Shown: positions 9,386-21,504, numbered from the stretch's first letter. The stretch: 64,000 nucleotides of DNA from Parcubacteria group bacterium (GCA_003104935.1 PQAE01000010.1:77768-141767); one strand, 5' to 3'. Translations and numbers: made by a program. The notes: generated by a model not told the origin, from the sequence alone.

Positions 9386-10069
9386 TTAAAACGCAATTTT
9401 GATACCGGGTCCCATGGAGGAAGTTATAGTCATGGTCTTGATAAAAGTGCCCTTCACTCCCGAGGGTTTGGATTTTTTCAAGGCATCAAAGATAGCCTGA
9501 AAATTTTCCAGCAAAACTTTGTCCTCAAAAGAAACTTTACCGATGGTCAGATGGATATTGGCATTGGCGTCATTTTTGAAAGAAATCTTTCCTTTCTTAA
9601 GCTCACTGACCATCTTTTTGACATCCGGTCCGATCGTGCCGGTCTTGGGATTAGGCATCAGGCCTTTTTGACCCAAAATGCGGGCCACTCCGGCCATGCT
9701 CTTCATCATATCGGGTACAGTCACGGCAATATCAAAATCACATTTACCGGTTTTTTTGATTTCCTCTATTAATTCGTCACCACCGACCAGATCCGCTCCG
9801 GCTTCTTTGGCTACCTTGGCCAGAGCCTCGGGCACAAAAGCGGCCACGCGTACAATCTGGCCACTGCCATGGGGTAGGGCTACAGATCCGCGCACCAGCT
9901 GATCGCCTTTTTTGGTATCAATGCCCAGATTGGCATGCACTTCTACTGAAGCGTCAAACTTAACTGTAGAAGTCTCTTTGACCAGCTTGATGGCTTCGTC
10001 AATCTTATAGAGCTTACCCGGCTCCAGTTTGGCTTTGGCGTTTTTCATTCGCTTACTTGTTTTTGCCAT
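9386..10069 (-). CDS. rplA: 50S ribosomal protein L1
   Basis: MAKTSKRMKNAKAKLEPGKLYKIDEAIKLVKE... matches the L1 N-terminus; 227 aa. Confidence 0.9.
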   Translation of the reverse strand: MAKTSKRMKNAKAKLEPGKLYKIDEAIKLVKETSTVKFDASVEVHANLGIDTKKGDQLVRGSVALPHGSGQIVRVAAFVPEALAKVAKEAGADLVGGDELIEEIKKTGKCDFDIAVTVPDMMKSMAGVARILGQKGLMPNPKTGTIGPDVKKMVSELKKGKISFKNDANANIHLTIGKVSFEDKVLLENFQAIFDALKKSKPSGVKGTFIKTMTITSSMGPGIKIAF

Positions 10070-10084
10070 ATATTTATAATTATG

Positions 10085-10121
10085 AGGTGTTGATGCTTAA
10101 TAGACAAATTAAGCTCCCTCG
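10085..10121 (-). promoter_or_regulatory. Conserved leader hairpin upstream of rplA (L1-binding autoregulatory mimic candidate)
   Basis: mRNA sense: GAGGGAGCUUAAUuugucuAUUAAGC-aucaa-CACCUC. The 26-nt core is identical to the element upstream of rplK. Confidence 0.45.
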
Positions 10122-10183
10122 CACATTAGTTAAAAGTTTAGAGTTGCAAGTATAAAGTAAAAAATTTTTAAACTTTTAACTTT

Positions 10184-10615
10184 TTACTTCTGACTTTCCA
10201 CTGTTACTCCCATCTGACGGGCGGTACCGGCAATAATTTTTTTGGCGGCCTCCAAATCATTGGCATTAAGATCAGCCATCTTGGCCTTGGCGATTTCAGT
10301 CAGCTGAGCATCGCTTAGTTTACCGACTTTTTCCTGAAGAGGTTTGCCCGATCCCTTGGGTAAATTGAGTATCTTTTTTATCATCTCCGAGGTCGGAGCG
10401 GACTTTAGAATAAAGCTAAAAGTACGATCCTCGTACAATGTCAAAAGTACCGGCACTACTTCGCCTTTACGGTCCTTGGAAGCTTCGTTAAACTTGGCGC
10501 AAAAATCCTGGATGTTGACACCGTGGGGTCCGAGCGCCGTACCGACCGGAGGCGAGGGATTGGCCGCTCCGCCCACGATCTGTAGTTTGATAAGCTGTTT
10601 AATTTTCTTGGCCAT
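10184..10615 (-). CDS. rplK: 50S ribosomal protein L11
   Basis: [43 protein letters not shown] matches the L11 N-terminus. Confidence 0.9.
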   Translation of the reverse strand: MAKKIKQLIKLQIVGGAANPSPPVGTALGPHGVNIQDFCAKFNEASKDRKGEVVPVLLTLYEDRTFSFILKSAPTSEMIKKILNLPKGSGKPLQEKVGKLSDAQLTEIAKAKMADLNANDLEAAKKIIAGTARQMGVTVESQK

Positions 10616-10627
10616 ATATTTATCTTT

Positions 10628-10667
10628 CTGAGGTGCAGACGCTTAATAGACAAATTAAGCTCCCTCT
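10628..10667 (-). promoter_or_regulatory. Conserved leader hairpin upstream of rplK (second copy of the L1-leader-like element)
   Basis: mRNA sense: GAGGGAGCUUAAUuugucuAUUAAGC-gucug-CACCUC. Occupies most of the 59-nt nusG-rplK spacer. Confidence 0.45.
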
Positions 10668-10674
10668 AAATAAT

Positions 10675-11220
10675 TTATATTTTTTTAATTTGTAAAAAAT
10701 CCAACTCCACCGGCGTTTCCCGGCCAAACATGGAGACCAGCACTTTGGCTTTGCCGCGGGCCTCGTCAATCTCGGAAATCTTGCCTTCATAATCCTTAAA
10801 CGGTCCGTCCACGATCTTAACCACATCGCCTTCACCGATATCAATCTTAAACTCCGGCTCTTCCTGACCCATACGCACCGACAGGGCCTTGATCTCATCT
10901 TCCGACACCGGAGTCGGAGTTGTACCGCTACCCACGAAACCGGTGACGTTGGGCGTATTGCGCACCACGTACCAGGAGGCGTCAGTCACGATCATATTGA
11001 CCAAAACATAACCCGGAAATATTTTCTCTTTGACGGTTTTGCGTTTGCCGTTTTTGATCTTGATCTTGGTTTCGGTCGGAATCAAAACATCAAAAATCTT
11101 GTCCTCCATATCCATGGACTCAATTCTCTGTTTGAGGTTGCGCGCCACGTTTTCTTCATAACCGGAATAAGTGTGGAGAACATACCAGCGTCGACCTTGT
11201 TGGGCACTTTGTTTGGCCAT
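10675..11220 (-). CDS. nusG: Transcription termination/antitermination factor NusG
   Basis: WYVLHTYSGYEENV... NGN domain followed by a KOW motif; 181 aa. Confidence 0.9.
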   Translation of the reverse strand: MAKQSAQQGRRWYVLHTYSGYEENVARNLKQRIESMDMEDKIFDVLIPTETKIKIKNGKRKTVKEKIFPGYVLVNMIVTDASWYVVRNTPNVTGFVGSGTTPTPVSEDEIKALSVRMGQEEPEFKIDIGEGDVVKIVDGPFKDYEGKISEIDEARGKAKVLVSMFGRETPVELDFLQIKKI

Positions 11221-11248
11221 ATATTTGCTTTAATAAATTACTTTTATT

Positions 11249-11431
11249 TTAAGCGATGACTAGCTGTAAAATCCAAGCTAAGACAAAATCAATCGCCCCC
11301 AAGACAATCGCTACGGCTAGGGAAATACCGATCACGATCAGGGTATGATTAACGATGACCTCCCGGCTGGGCCAGACTACTTTGGCCAGTTCTTCGCGGG
11401 CTCCTTTGAGATAATTGCTTAATTTATTCAT
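11249..11431 (-). CDS. secE: Preprotein translocase subunit SecE
   Basis: 60 aa, ...VWPSREVIVNHTLIVIGISLAVAIVLGAIDF... with a single TM helix, immediately upstream of nusG. Confidence 0.8.
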   Translation of the reverse strand: MNKLSNYLKGAREELAKVVWPSREVIVNHTLIVIGISLAVAIVLGAIDFVLAWILQLVIA

Positions 11432-11521
11432 AAAATAAGGCTAAAATTGGGTCTTTTAAAACAGCTCGGAGAAGCTGTTTAATAATGACCCTACTATATC
11501 ATAATAGAAATATTTTGGCAA

Positions 11522-11549
11522 GCCCGTAGAAGCCTCCGGCTCTACGGGC
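11522..11549 (-). terminator. Hairpin downstream of the ABC transporter operon (possible intrinsic terminator)
   Basis: GCCCGTAGA-agcctccggc-TCTACGGGC, a 9-bp stem, followed on the minus strand by a moderately U-rich tract. Confidence 0.4.
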
Positions 11550-11578
11550 CACGGCCTGCTACTGAATAAATAATATCA

Positions 11579-12364
11579 TCAGATGGAACGCACTCTCAAT
11601 AAAGACAACACAAATAATCCCCCCGCAACAATGATGATAGCAGGCCCGAGTTGTAATGCAAAGTAAGTCGATAAGATCATACCGCCGACCATGGCCAGTA
11701 CCGCCGATAACGCCGAGATGATTAACAATGAATTTAAATTATGCGCCAGATTGCGGGCGATGGCCGCCGGAATAATAATCAGTGATCCCATCAGCAACAC
11801 CCCTAAAAATTTTAGCCCCAGCACCACGGTCAGAGCAAACAACAATAGAAACTGCCATTCCAGTTTTTCCGTGGACAGATGCGCGGTTTTGGCCAGATCT
11901 TTGGAAATTAAACTCAAGACTAAGGCATGACGCCGGTAAATCACAAAAATAATGATAATTAAAGCCACAATTACGCCGATAATAAATTCATAAACGGAAA
12001 ATTTACTGATGCCGCCAAAGAGCGTATCTACCAACTCATGATCCTGGCCGATGGTTAGTGCTCCCAGAGCTAGAGAAACTGTAAATAGAACACCGGTTAC
12101 GGCCTCGGTGTTTAGCCCACTCAGTTTTTCTACCCGCCAAATAATAAAAGCACCGATAATCAGAGCCACGGCACCGCCGATAATAGGATTGACGTGAAAC
12201 AACAGAGCCAAAGCAATACCGGGCAAAGCAATGTGGGAAAAGGCATCACCGGCCAAAGCCATGCGCCGCATCAGCGCAAAAGAACCTAATAGACCGGAAG
12301 CCACCGCCGTCAGTACGGCCAAAATAATGCTGAGTTTATCAAAATTATCCATGGGTATGGTCAT
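11579..12364 (-). CDS. Metal ABC transporter permease (ABC-3 family, ZnuB/MntB-like)
   Basis: ...DAFSHIALPGIALALL... in a polytopic membrane protein; 20-nt overlap with the upstream ATPase gene. Confidence 0.8.
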   Translation of the reverse strand: MTIPMDNFDKLSIILAVLTAVASGLLGSFALMRRMALAGDAFSHIALPGIALALLFHVNPIIGGAVALIIGAFIIWRVEKLSGLNTEAVTGVLFTVSLALGALTIGQDHELVDTLFGGISKFSVYEFIIGVIVALIIIIFVIYRRHALVLSLISKDLAKTAHLSTEKLEWQFLLLFALTVVLGLKFLGVLLMGSLIIIPAAIARNLAHNLNSLLIISALSAVLAMVGGMILSTYFALQLGPAIIIVAGGLFVLSLLRVRSI

Positions 12365-13055
12365 AATGCTTATAACGCTTGGTGCCGAAGACCTTGGCTA
12401 AAGTAGATGGATTGGCAATCTCGTGCGGATGGCCGTAGCACAGCCCTCGCCTGTTCAGACAAAGCACATTATCCGCATAACGATTAACTAAACTAAGGTC
12501 GTGAGAGATAGTAATAATAGTCACGCCTTTTTCCGCCTGCAGACGGTGCATAGTTTCATAGATTTCTTCTTCGCTAGGCTCGTCAATGCCGGCCGTGGGT
12601 TCGTCAAACAACAGAACATTGCTGTCCCCAATCAAAGCCAAAGTCATCATAGCACGCTGAAATTCCCCTCCGGATAAAAAACCAAGGGGCTTGGGTAATA
12701 ATCTTTCGCTCAGATGCACCAGATCCAAATATTTTTTTAGATCGGTTGGCTTGAGGTGATAATTTTTGGACTGCAAAAAATCATTCAGAGACAGTGGCAG
12801 GTTCCGATCAATATCCAATTTTTGCGGTACATAACCGATGACTGTGTCCGACGCCCAAGTAATAGTGCCGGTATAGGGTATGACGCCGATCAGGGCCTTA
12901 AATAAAGTAGTCTTGCCAGAGCCATTGGGCCCAATGATAGTCAGGTGCTCTCCTCTGTCCACGCAAAAACTCAAGTCTTCAATTATTAATTCCTGACTCA
13001 AACGCACGGAAAGTTTTTCTACCTGTAGTATGTTCTTGTTTTTGTTTGCGGCCAT
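12345..13055 (-). CDS. Metal ABC transporter ATP-binding protein (ZnuC/MntA-like)
   Basis: Walker A GPNGSGKTT, the LSGGEFQR signature and Walker B LLFDEPTAGID. Confidence 0.85.
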   Translation of the reverse strand: MAANKNKNILQVEKLSVRLSQELIIEDLSFCVDRGEHLTIIGPNGSGKTTLFKALIGVIPYTGTITWASDTVIGYVPQKLDIDRNLPLSLNDFLQSKNYHLKPTDLKKYLDLVHLSERLLPKPLGFLSGGEFQRAMMTLALIGDSNVLLFDEPTAGIDEPSEEEIYETMHRLQAEKGVTIITISHDLSLVNRYADNVLCLNRRGLCYGHPHEIANPSTLAKVFGTKRYKHYDHTHG

Positions 13056-13146
13056 ATTTTGAGGATTGTTTCGTCTATATTATAACCGAGAGTGCCATTA
13101 TTGTCTAATAAAAAACCGCCTAACATCAGACGGTCTTTTAAAAAAA

Positions 13147-15201
13147 TTATTTTATAAATTTTACACTTTTATAAAATGTCTCAAACTTATCGTCTTTAAT
13201 AGCACCGTTACTAATCTGATATATCTTCCCGTCTTTTTCAAAAACTACAATTACCCAAAACCAATTACTGTCCTTTTTATTGGTGATGGTTATTTTGACT
13301 GCCTTGACGCCATCTATATACACGTCCTCTTTTTGTATTAGCTTATCAGCCGATGGACTACTGAGCGATTGGACTATTGCAGCCATGGTCTTAGTTTTAG
13401 CATCAGTTGTGGTAATACCCCAATTAAAATCATTTTTAAATTCTGGGGATGTCAAGTTTATACCCACATAGGCATGGGGTAGTTGAGGGTTTGCCAATTT
13501 GTCATAAATAGTCCAATTTTTAGGATAAGTAAATGACAATTTATAGTTCGTGCTGGTATAAGTCTGCCAATCAGCATTTTGATCGGTAAATTTAAATGAA
13601 TCAACTATCGCTTGAGCTATATCAGTATCGTTGGCGATATTTATTTGGTAAGAGTCTTCTCCCTGTTCCAAAACATAAACCTTCTTAATATCAACGTCTT
13701 CTGAGAAACCTGAAATAAGTTTGACTTTCAAGCCCTGCGAAGTAGTATAGTCACTTATTTTTTTACCCGAATAATACTGAGCTATGAGTCTAGCCATAGA
13801 GTATCCCTTATGTACTGCAATAGCTAATTCACCGTTTGAATCCGGCGCCCCTACTGTTAAGAAAGACCCTGTTTGAAAAGACTCCGGCCCTTTGTCTGAT
13901 ATTTTATAGGAAGAACCGTCGTATACTGAAAAACCTACCCAGGATTTTGGCATCTTAATGGAATAACCAGATTCCTTAAAAGTATAGGTCTGCCAATCAG
14001 CGATGCTGTCGGTAAATTTGAACGAAGCCAAAAATTGATCCATTATTTCTAAATTTTGCCTACCTTTGTCGTCCAGATTGATCCTAGTAAAATAGGCCTG
14101 CAGATTAGCATCAATATTGCTCTGCGGCCGGCCACAGACATCGCTCTGATCATTAGTAGCAATCGGAAATCCGTCCATTCCAAAATATATTTTTAATCCC
14201 CAATAAACATTTGACCGAGGTATGTTAAGCGGCACTGAATACAATAGACTGTCGCCCGAACATTCCATGTTTATATTTTCAAAGTAGCCATAGGTGCTCT
14301 GGCCGGCGACCTTCAGTGGCGCACAATATTTCTTCTTATCAGCCTCATAATCCGCTTTCAAAAGCGAGCAACCCCGGCTCAAATCCTGGCCGCCATTATA
14401 GGAATCAATTAAAAATTGTTCAAAATCAGCAGAAGCCAATAGTATGCGCACAGATGCACTACTAAAATCAATCCAAGCCCCTTTGCCGGAAAAAACCGCA
14501 GGGCCATTGATTTGTTTGTCGGTCATAGATGAATCAACATAGCTCAGTTTTGGCGCGCCCCAAGTATTGGGGTATTTAAACGCTAATCCTAAATCTTTAT
14601 TTTCATAGGACTGCCAATCAGCGGTGTTGTCGGTAAATTTTATAGATGACAAAATTTCTTTTTTTAATCCCTCGTCATTAATTAAAGCCCTTGGCGCCAT
14701 ATAATTATCGTCTATTAGACAAGATCCTAGGTTAATTACATAGGTCTTGCCTCGATAATTTAAATAATTGGATTGGTAGGCGCATGGCCTTTCTGCCATG
14801 GTTAGTTGCAAAAAATCTTGACCGCCAATATTTATTCTGTTTTTGACCGCTTCACAACCTTTCGGGCAATATGTATCAAAGTCAATCGGCGTCTGCAAAG
14901 TATAATAAGTAATAGAACTGTTGTTTTCTTGCTGTTCAAAACGGACCGGACTAAGTTGGTTCTGTACTTTAATATATTCCCGGGGAAATTCAAAGCTTAT
15001 ACCTGCGGCCACATCGGCATAGGTCTGCCGGCTCGGCCGATTATTAACCTGCACATTTGCGCCAAGTTCACTCAAGCCTTTTTGGCCTGGTACTTTCTGC
15101 CACAAATATACTCCACTAATAAAAATAATGGCCACAAATAAGACTATGACCAAAAGCATGGCAACATTTTGCGGCCGTCCCCCCTTTAGATTACTGGGCA
15201 T
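13147..15201 (-). CDS. Large membrane-anchored surface protein with three internal repeats of an uncharacterised domain
   Basis: N-terminal TM helix. The motif [SF][IF]KFTDxxADWQ[ST]Y...[SF]xK[YM]P[KN]xW recurs near residues ~187, ~397 and ~535 (DNA at about 14615-14655, 13985-14030 and 13570-13612). Confidence 0.7.
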   Translation of the reverse strand: MPSNLKGGRPQNVAMLLVIVLFVAIIFISGVYLWQKVPGQKGLSELGANVQVNNRPSRQTYADVAAGISFEFPREYIKVQNQLSPVRFEQQENNSSITYYTLQTPIDFDTYCPKGCEAVKNRINIGGQDFLQLTMAERPCAYQSNYLNYRGKTYVINLGSCLIDDNYMAPRALINDEGLKKEILSSIKFTDNTADWQSYENKDLGLAFKYPNTWGAPKLSYVDSSMTDKQINGPAVFSGKGAWIDFSSASVRILLASADFEQFLIDSYNGGQDLSRGCSLLKADYEADKKKYCAPLKVAGQSTYGYFENINMECSGDSLLYSVPLNIPRSNVYWGLKIYFGMDGFPIATNDQSDVCGRPQSNIDANLQAYFTRINLDDKGRQNLEIMDQFLASFKFTDSIADWQTYTFKESGYSIKMPKSWVGFSVYDGSSYKISDKGPESFQTGSFLTVGAPDSNGELAIAVHKGYSMARLIAQYYSGKKISDYTTSQGLKVKLISGFSEDVDIKKVYVLEQGEDSYQINIANDTDIAQAIVDSFKFTDQNADWQTYTSTNYKLSFTYPKNWTIYDKLANPQLPHAYVGINLTSPEFKNDFNWGITTTDAKTKTMAAIVQSLSSPSADKLIQKEDVYIDGVKAVKITITNKKDSNWFWVIVVFEKDGKIYQISNGAIKDDKFETFYKSVKFIK

Positions 15202-15235
15202 GGATTTTTGTTTTAAGGTTTAGAAAATATATATA

Positions 15236-15811
15236 TTATTGTTGTACTTCCCAATTTACGATATTAATAGTTGTGCGCTGGCCATAAGCCTGCAAGACTA
15301 CAGTATAATCCCCGGGGTTAGCACCGGCGATGATTGACGCCACAGTCAGGGAATAGGTCGGTAGATAATAATCTACCGCTAGTTTGATGGCTCGGCGGAT
15401 ATCAGCATCCTTGGCTTCCCAACTGCGCAGACAAACCTTGATGTCATTGTCGTGACTGTAGCCGGCGCCGCTCAGACAACCATAGCCGTCCACTTGTCCG
15501 CCGATAACCGGTGAGATTGGTTTTATCGGCTGGATAGTCACCGGCGTTGAGGTGCTGGCCAATGGGGTCTTAGCCGGCACTGCGGCCGGGGTCGATGTGG
15601 GCACTACCGGAATCGGATTGATATCTCCAAAAATAGAATCTGCTGAGGGCGTTATTGCCGGCTGGGCCGCGGTGCTGGTATTTTGATCTACTTTAAGCGG
15701 GCTAGTATCCAGCTCACTTCCGGGTAAAATATTATTATTTGTATTTTTGTTTTGGCTACAGCTGGCTCCCAGCAATATTACCAGAGCCAGTAACATCAGA
15801 GTTTTTTTCAT
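15236..15811 (-). CDS. Secreted/lipoprotein-like protein with Thr/Pro-rich linker
   Basis: MKKTLMLLALVILLGASCSQ: signal peptide with a lipobox-like Cys. Low-complexity TSTPAAVPAKTP linker. Confidence 0.55.
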   Translation of the reverse strand: MKKTLMLLALVILLGASCSQNKNTNNNILPGSELDTSPLKVDQNTSTAAQPAITPSADSIFGDINPIPVVPTSTPAAVPAKTPLASTSTPVTIQPIKPISPVIGGQVDGYGCLSGAGYSHDNDIKVCLRSWEAKDADIRRAIKLAVDYYLPTYSLTVASIIAGANPGDYTVVLQAYGQRTTINIVNWEVQQ

Positions 15812-15829
15812 AGCCGTAAACTTAAATGC

Positions 15830-17902
<2,073 letters not shown>

Positions 17903-17943
17903 TTAAATTGTTAATTTATCTAAGCTAATTTTAGCATAAAAAC

Positions 17944-17987
17944 CACAAAAAAACAACCCCGAAACCGCTTCTGATTCAGGGTCGTTT
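17944..17987 (-). terminator. Candidate intrinsic terminator downstream of pheT
   Basis: Minus-strand RNA: CCCUG-aaucagaagcgguuu-CGGGG followed by UUGUUUUUUUGUGG. Confidence 0.4.
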
Positions 17988-18044
17988 CTTATATATATTT
18001 TGGCTAATTTTAGCCCCGTTATAGGCCTTCGGTCTGGTACGAGG

Positions 18045-20477
18045 TTAGCGCAAATCTGCCTTAAATTTTTTCTGCAAATTAGAAATTATTTTTTTCATCA
18101 GATCATCAATCTCATCAGAAGCCAAAGTACGCTCCTCACTCCGAAACTCCAGGTGATATGCAATAGACCTTTTACCGTGCCCGATCGCCTCACCGATAAA
18201 AACATCAAAAGGCTCTAAGTGTTTGATCAGAGGAGATACTTTATAAATCTCAGATTCTATATCCTGCCAAGCCACACTTTGCCCGACGATAATAGACATA
18301 TCGCGTTTGATCACCGGAAATTTAGCTAAAGCGCTATAACTTTTATTTTCATTTATATACTTGAGCAGGGTTTCAAAAGATAACTGCCACCAGGCGACCA
18401 TTACTTTGTTTGGCCCGCTATCAAATAATTTACTGTCCAAGATGCCAAACTCACCCAGAGCCAAATCCTGATATTTAATCTGATATGCCAGGGCGGCATA
18501 TGGCAAATCTATTTTTTCCGATTGCCAGTCAATATTGAAATAATCACGCAAGGACTCGATTAGTCCTTTGGCTGACAAGAAAGCCTCCTCACCGGAGACG
18601 CGGCTAAGCTCCACTCCGGCCAGCATCATTGGTTGGCGAGGAAGAAATTTATTTTTTTGCTGGTCAATGTGGTAAGTACCCTTGCTGTTTTTATCAAAGA
18701 CGCGTTGTAGTTCAAAAATCTTAAAATGATCATACCAGCGCATATTTTCCTCCGCTTTTTTGAGTAAGTTTGGCAACAAAGACAAATTCATATAACTCTG
18801 CTCGGGAGAAACGGCATTTTTTACTTTGATATGATCGGCTAATTTCAGTCCCAGCTTGGGCACCCAGCCCACATCAGTAAAAGCATAAGTATAGACCTCA
18901 GTATAGGACTGAGCATAAGCCAGATAAGTGCGTAGATCCCGAGCCGTGCTAGAGGCGATATCATAACTGGGTTCATGTAAGACCACGGTCGGCAAAGTAG
19001 GCGCTATATTATCATAACCATATATCCTAGCCACCTCCTCCACGATGTCCTCGGCGATGGAAATGTCTTTGGTAGCGCGCCAGCTGGGCACTTGGATAAC
19101 AAATTTGCCGGCTCGATGATTAACACCAAATTGTAATCGCTTCAAAATATCTTTAATTTCTTTGGTCGGTATAGGTGAACCAAAACGCTGGTTGATCAAA
19201 GCTTCGGAAACCTCAATGATCTTGACGATATAAGGGCTGTGACTAACATCAATCACTTCGCTGGCCGCGATGGCTCCCGGATTTAAAGCTATAATAATTT
19301 CTACGGCTTTTTGCAGAGCAAGTTCTGCTAGCACCGGATCTAGGGCTTTTTCAAAACGAGCCGAGCTCTCCGTACGCAGTCCTAGGTCCATGGAAGTGCG
19401 GCGGATACTGCTGGCCTTGAAATTTGCCGATTCGATGATAATCTGGCTGGTATCGGAGGCGATCTCGCTGTTTTGACCGCCCATAATGCCGGCCAAGGCA
19501 ATATATTTGTTCTGATCAGAAATCATCAAAGCGCCCTCCGGTAGCTTGCGTTTTTTACCGTCCAAAGTTACGAAGCTCTCACCCTTCTTAGCCCCTTTAA
19601 CAAAAATATGCTGGCGATCAATCTGTCGGGCGTCAAAAGCATGCAGAGGCTGACCCAGCTCATACATCACATAGTTAGTCACGTCCACGATATTATTGAT
19701 CGGTCGGATACCCACAGCTTCCAAACTTTTTTTTAGCCACCAGGGAGAATCTTCGATCTTGATATTTTTTAGACCCACGGCCATATAGCGGTAACAGTTT
19801 GCTGTATCCTCTACCGTCACTTTCAAAGCCAAATCTTTGCTCTGTGGTTTTATCGGCAGTCGGCTATAGGGTTTTAAATTTATTTTATAAATCGCCGCCA
19901 GCTCCCGGGCCAGACCGTATTGGCCCCAGAGATCGGGTCGATGATTGATCGATTTATTTTCTATATCAATTATAGTGTCATCCAGCTCCAGAGCCTGACT
20001 CAGGTTTTGACCGACTTTTAAATTAAAAGCTGATAAATCCAAGATCTCATGATCTGACTGCGACGGAAATAAGTCAACCAGACCTATCTCACTGGCAGCG
20101 GCGATCATGCCGTAGCTTTCCACACCGCGAATCTTGGCCTTTGTCAAAACCACCAGCTCGCCTTCGCCGTGCCATTTTACTTTAGCCCCGACTTTGGCTA
20201 CGGCTACGAGCATTCCCTTGCTCAAATTTGTTCCGCCGCAGACAATCTGCAGGGAACTGTCGCCGACATCCACCCGACAAACCTCCAATTTGTCGGCTTG
20301 AGGATGTTTGGTGATTTCTTCTACCCGACCGACCACGATATTTTCCAGATTTTTAGCTTGCTGGATAATTTTCTCCACCTCCACCGTGGACATAGTAAAA
20401 TCCAGAGCTAATTGCTCCGCACTCAAACCGTTTGGTAGTTTTAACCACTTTTTTACCCAATTTAAGGAAAGATACAT
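18045..20477 (-). CDS. pheT: Phenylalanyl-tRNA synthetase beta subunit
   Basis: 810 aa with N-terminal tRNA-binding domain, B3/4 domain and B5 domain. Confidence 0.9.
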   Translation of the reverse strand: MYLSLNWVKKWLKLPNGLSAEQLALDFTMSTVEVEKIIQQAKNLENIVVGRVEEITKHPQADKLEVCRVDVGDSSLQIVCGGTNLSKGMLVAVAKVGAKVKWHGEGELVVLTKAKIRGVESYGMIAAASEIGLVDLFPSQSDHEILDLSAFNLKVGQNLSQALELDDTIIDIENKSINHRPDLWGQYGLARELAAIYKINLKPYSRLPIKPQSKDLALKVTVEDTANCYRYMAVGLKNIKIEDSPWWLKKSLEAVGIRPINNIVDVTNYVMYELGQPLHAFDARQIDRQHIFVKGAKKGESFVTLDGKKRKLPEGALMISDQNKYIALAGIMGGQNSEIASDTSQIIIESANFKASSIRRTSMDLGLRTESSARFEKALDPVLAELALQKAVEIIIALNPGAIAASEVIDVSHSPYIVKIIEVSEALINQRFGSPIPTKEIKDILKRLQFGVNHRAGKFVIQVPSWRATKDISIAEDIVEEVARIYGYDNIAPTLPTVVLHEPSYDIASSTARDLRTYLAYAQSYTEVYTYAFTDVGWVPKLGLKLADHIKVKNAVSPEQSYMNLSLLPNLLKKAEENMRWYDHFKIFELQRVFDKNSKGTYHIDQQKNKFLPRQPMMLAGVELSRVSGEEAFLSAKGLIESLRDYFNIDWQSEKIDLPYAALAYQIKYQDLALGEFGILDSKLFDSGPNKVMVAWWQLSFETLLKYINENKSYSALAKFPVIKRDMSIIVGQSVAWQDIESEIYKVSPLIKHLEPFDVFIGEAIGHGKRSIAYHLEFRSEERTLASDEIDDLMKKIISNLQKKFKADLR

Positions 20478-20486
20478 ATGGCAAAA

Positions 20487-21494
20487 TTAAAATTGTCTTA
20501 AAAATCTCAAGTCTCCGGATTCTAATAATCTAATATCATCAATCTTATATTTCATCATCACCAGTCTGGTTAGTCCCAGGCCAAAAGCAAAACCGCTGTA
20601 GACAGACGGGTCCACATTGCCAAATTTTAGCACCTCGGGATGGACCATGCCGCAGGGCATCAGCTCCACCCAGCCGGACTGCTTGCAGACCGAACAGCCG
20701 TTGCCGCCGCAAACCAGGCACTTGATATCCAGCTCAAAACCCGGCTCCACAAAGGGGAAAAACCCCGGCCGCAGACGCACATCCACTTTAGTCCTAAACA
20801 CCGCCGAGAGTAATGATTTCATCACCGCGATCAGATTGGCCATACTGATGTCTTTGTCCACCATTAACCCCTCTAATTGGTAAAAAGTATGATCGTGCGA
20901 AGCATCGGTAGATTCATAGCGAAAGACCCGGCCGGGAAAAATGCCCCGAAAAGGCGCGCCATATTTTTCCAACATCCGTACTTGCAGATTGGAGGTGTGA
21001 GTGCGTAGCAGATTATGATTTTCCAGCCAAAAAGTATCCTGCGTCTCGCGGGCCGGATGGTCGGCCGGAATATTCAAGGCGCTAAAATTATAAAACTCGC
21101 TTTCCAGTTGCGGTCCGTCATAGATGCCGAAACCCAACTGAGCAAAGGCCTCTTCCACATCCCGTTGCACTAAAGTAATTGGATGGAGATGCCCTTCCTC
21201 GCGGCGACTGCCCGGCATAGTCGGATCAAAATCCACGCCAGCGCCGCTGGGCTTGCTCACAATCTTTTCGGTCTTATCCAACAGCGACTGGAGCTCAAAT
21301 TTTATATCATTAGCCAGTTTGCCCAGTCGCGGTTTTTCTTCAGCCGCCAGATTTTTTACTTCCTTTAAAATATTTGTCAGCTCACCTTTACGGCCCAAAT
21401 ATTTATTTTTTATTTGTGCCAATACTTCCGAATCCTGGACGGATCTTAATTCCGCCTGCAGACGGGCTTTGAGCTCATTTAATTTCTTATCCAT
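20487..21494 (-). CDS. pheS: Phenylalanyl-tRNA synthetase alpha subunit
   Basis: Class II core with ...FRPGFFPFVEPGFELD...; 335 aa, directly upstream of pheT. Confidence 0.9.
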   Translation of the reverse strand: MDKKLNELKARLQAELRSVQDSEVLAQIKNKYLGRKGELTNILKEVKNLAAEEKPRLGKLANDIKFELQSLLDKTEKIVSKPSGAGVDFDPTMPGSRREEGHLHPITLVQRDVEEAFAQLGFGIYDGPQLESEFYNFSALNIPADHPARETQDTFWLENHNLLRTHTSNLQVRMLEKYGAPFRGIFPGRVFRYESTDASHDHTFYQLEGLMVDKDISMANLIAVMKSLLSAVFRTKVDVRLRPGFFPFVEPGFELDIKCLVCGGNGCSVCKQSGWVELMPCGMVHPEVLKFGNVDPSVYSGFAFGLGLTRLVMMKYKIDDIRLLESGDLRFLRQF

Positions 21495-21504
21495 AATTAA
21501 TAAA

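Noticed and set aside
10620-10898. 92-aa ORF overlapping nusG
   Set aside because: It lies entirely inside the well-supported nusG frame on the same strand in a different frame, and its basic Arg/Trp-rich composition marks it as an artefact.
11432-11578. tRNA-Trp expected upstream of secE
   Set aside because: Many bacteria encode tRNA-Trp here, but the 147-nt spacer shows no acceptor/T-arm complementarity or GTTC-type T-loop, only two simple hairpins.
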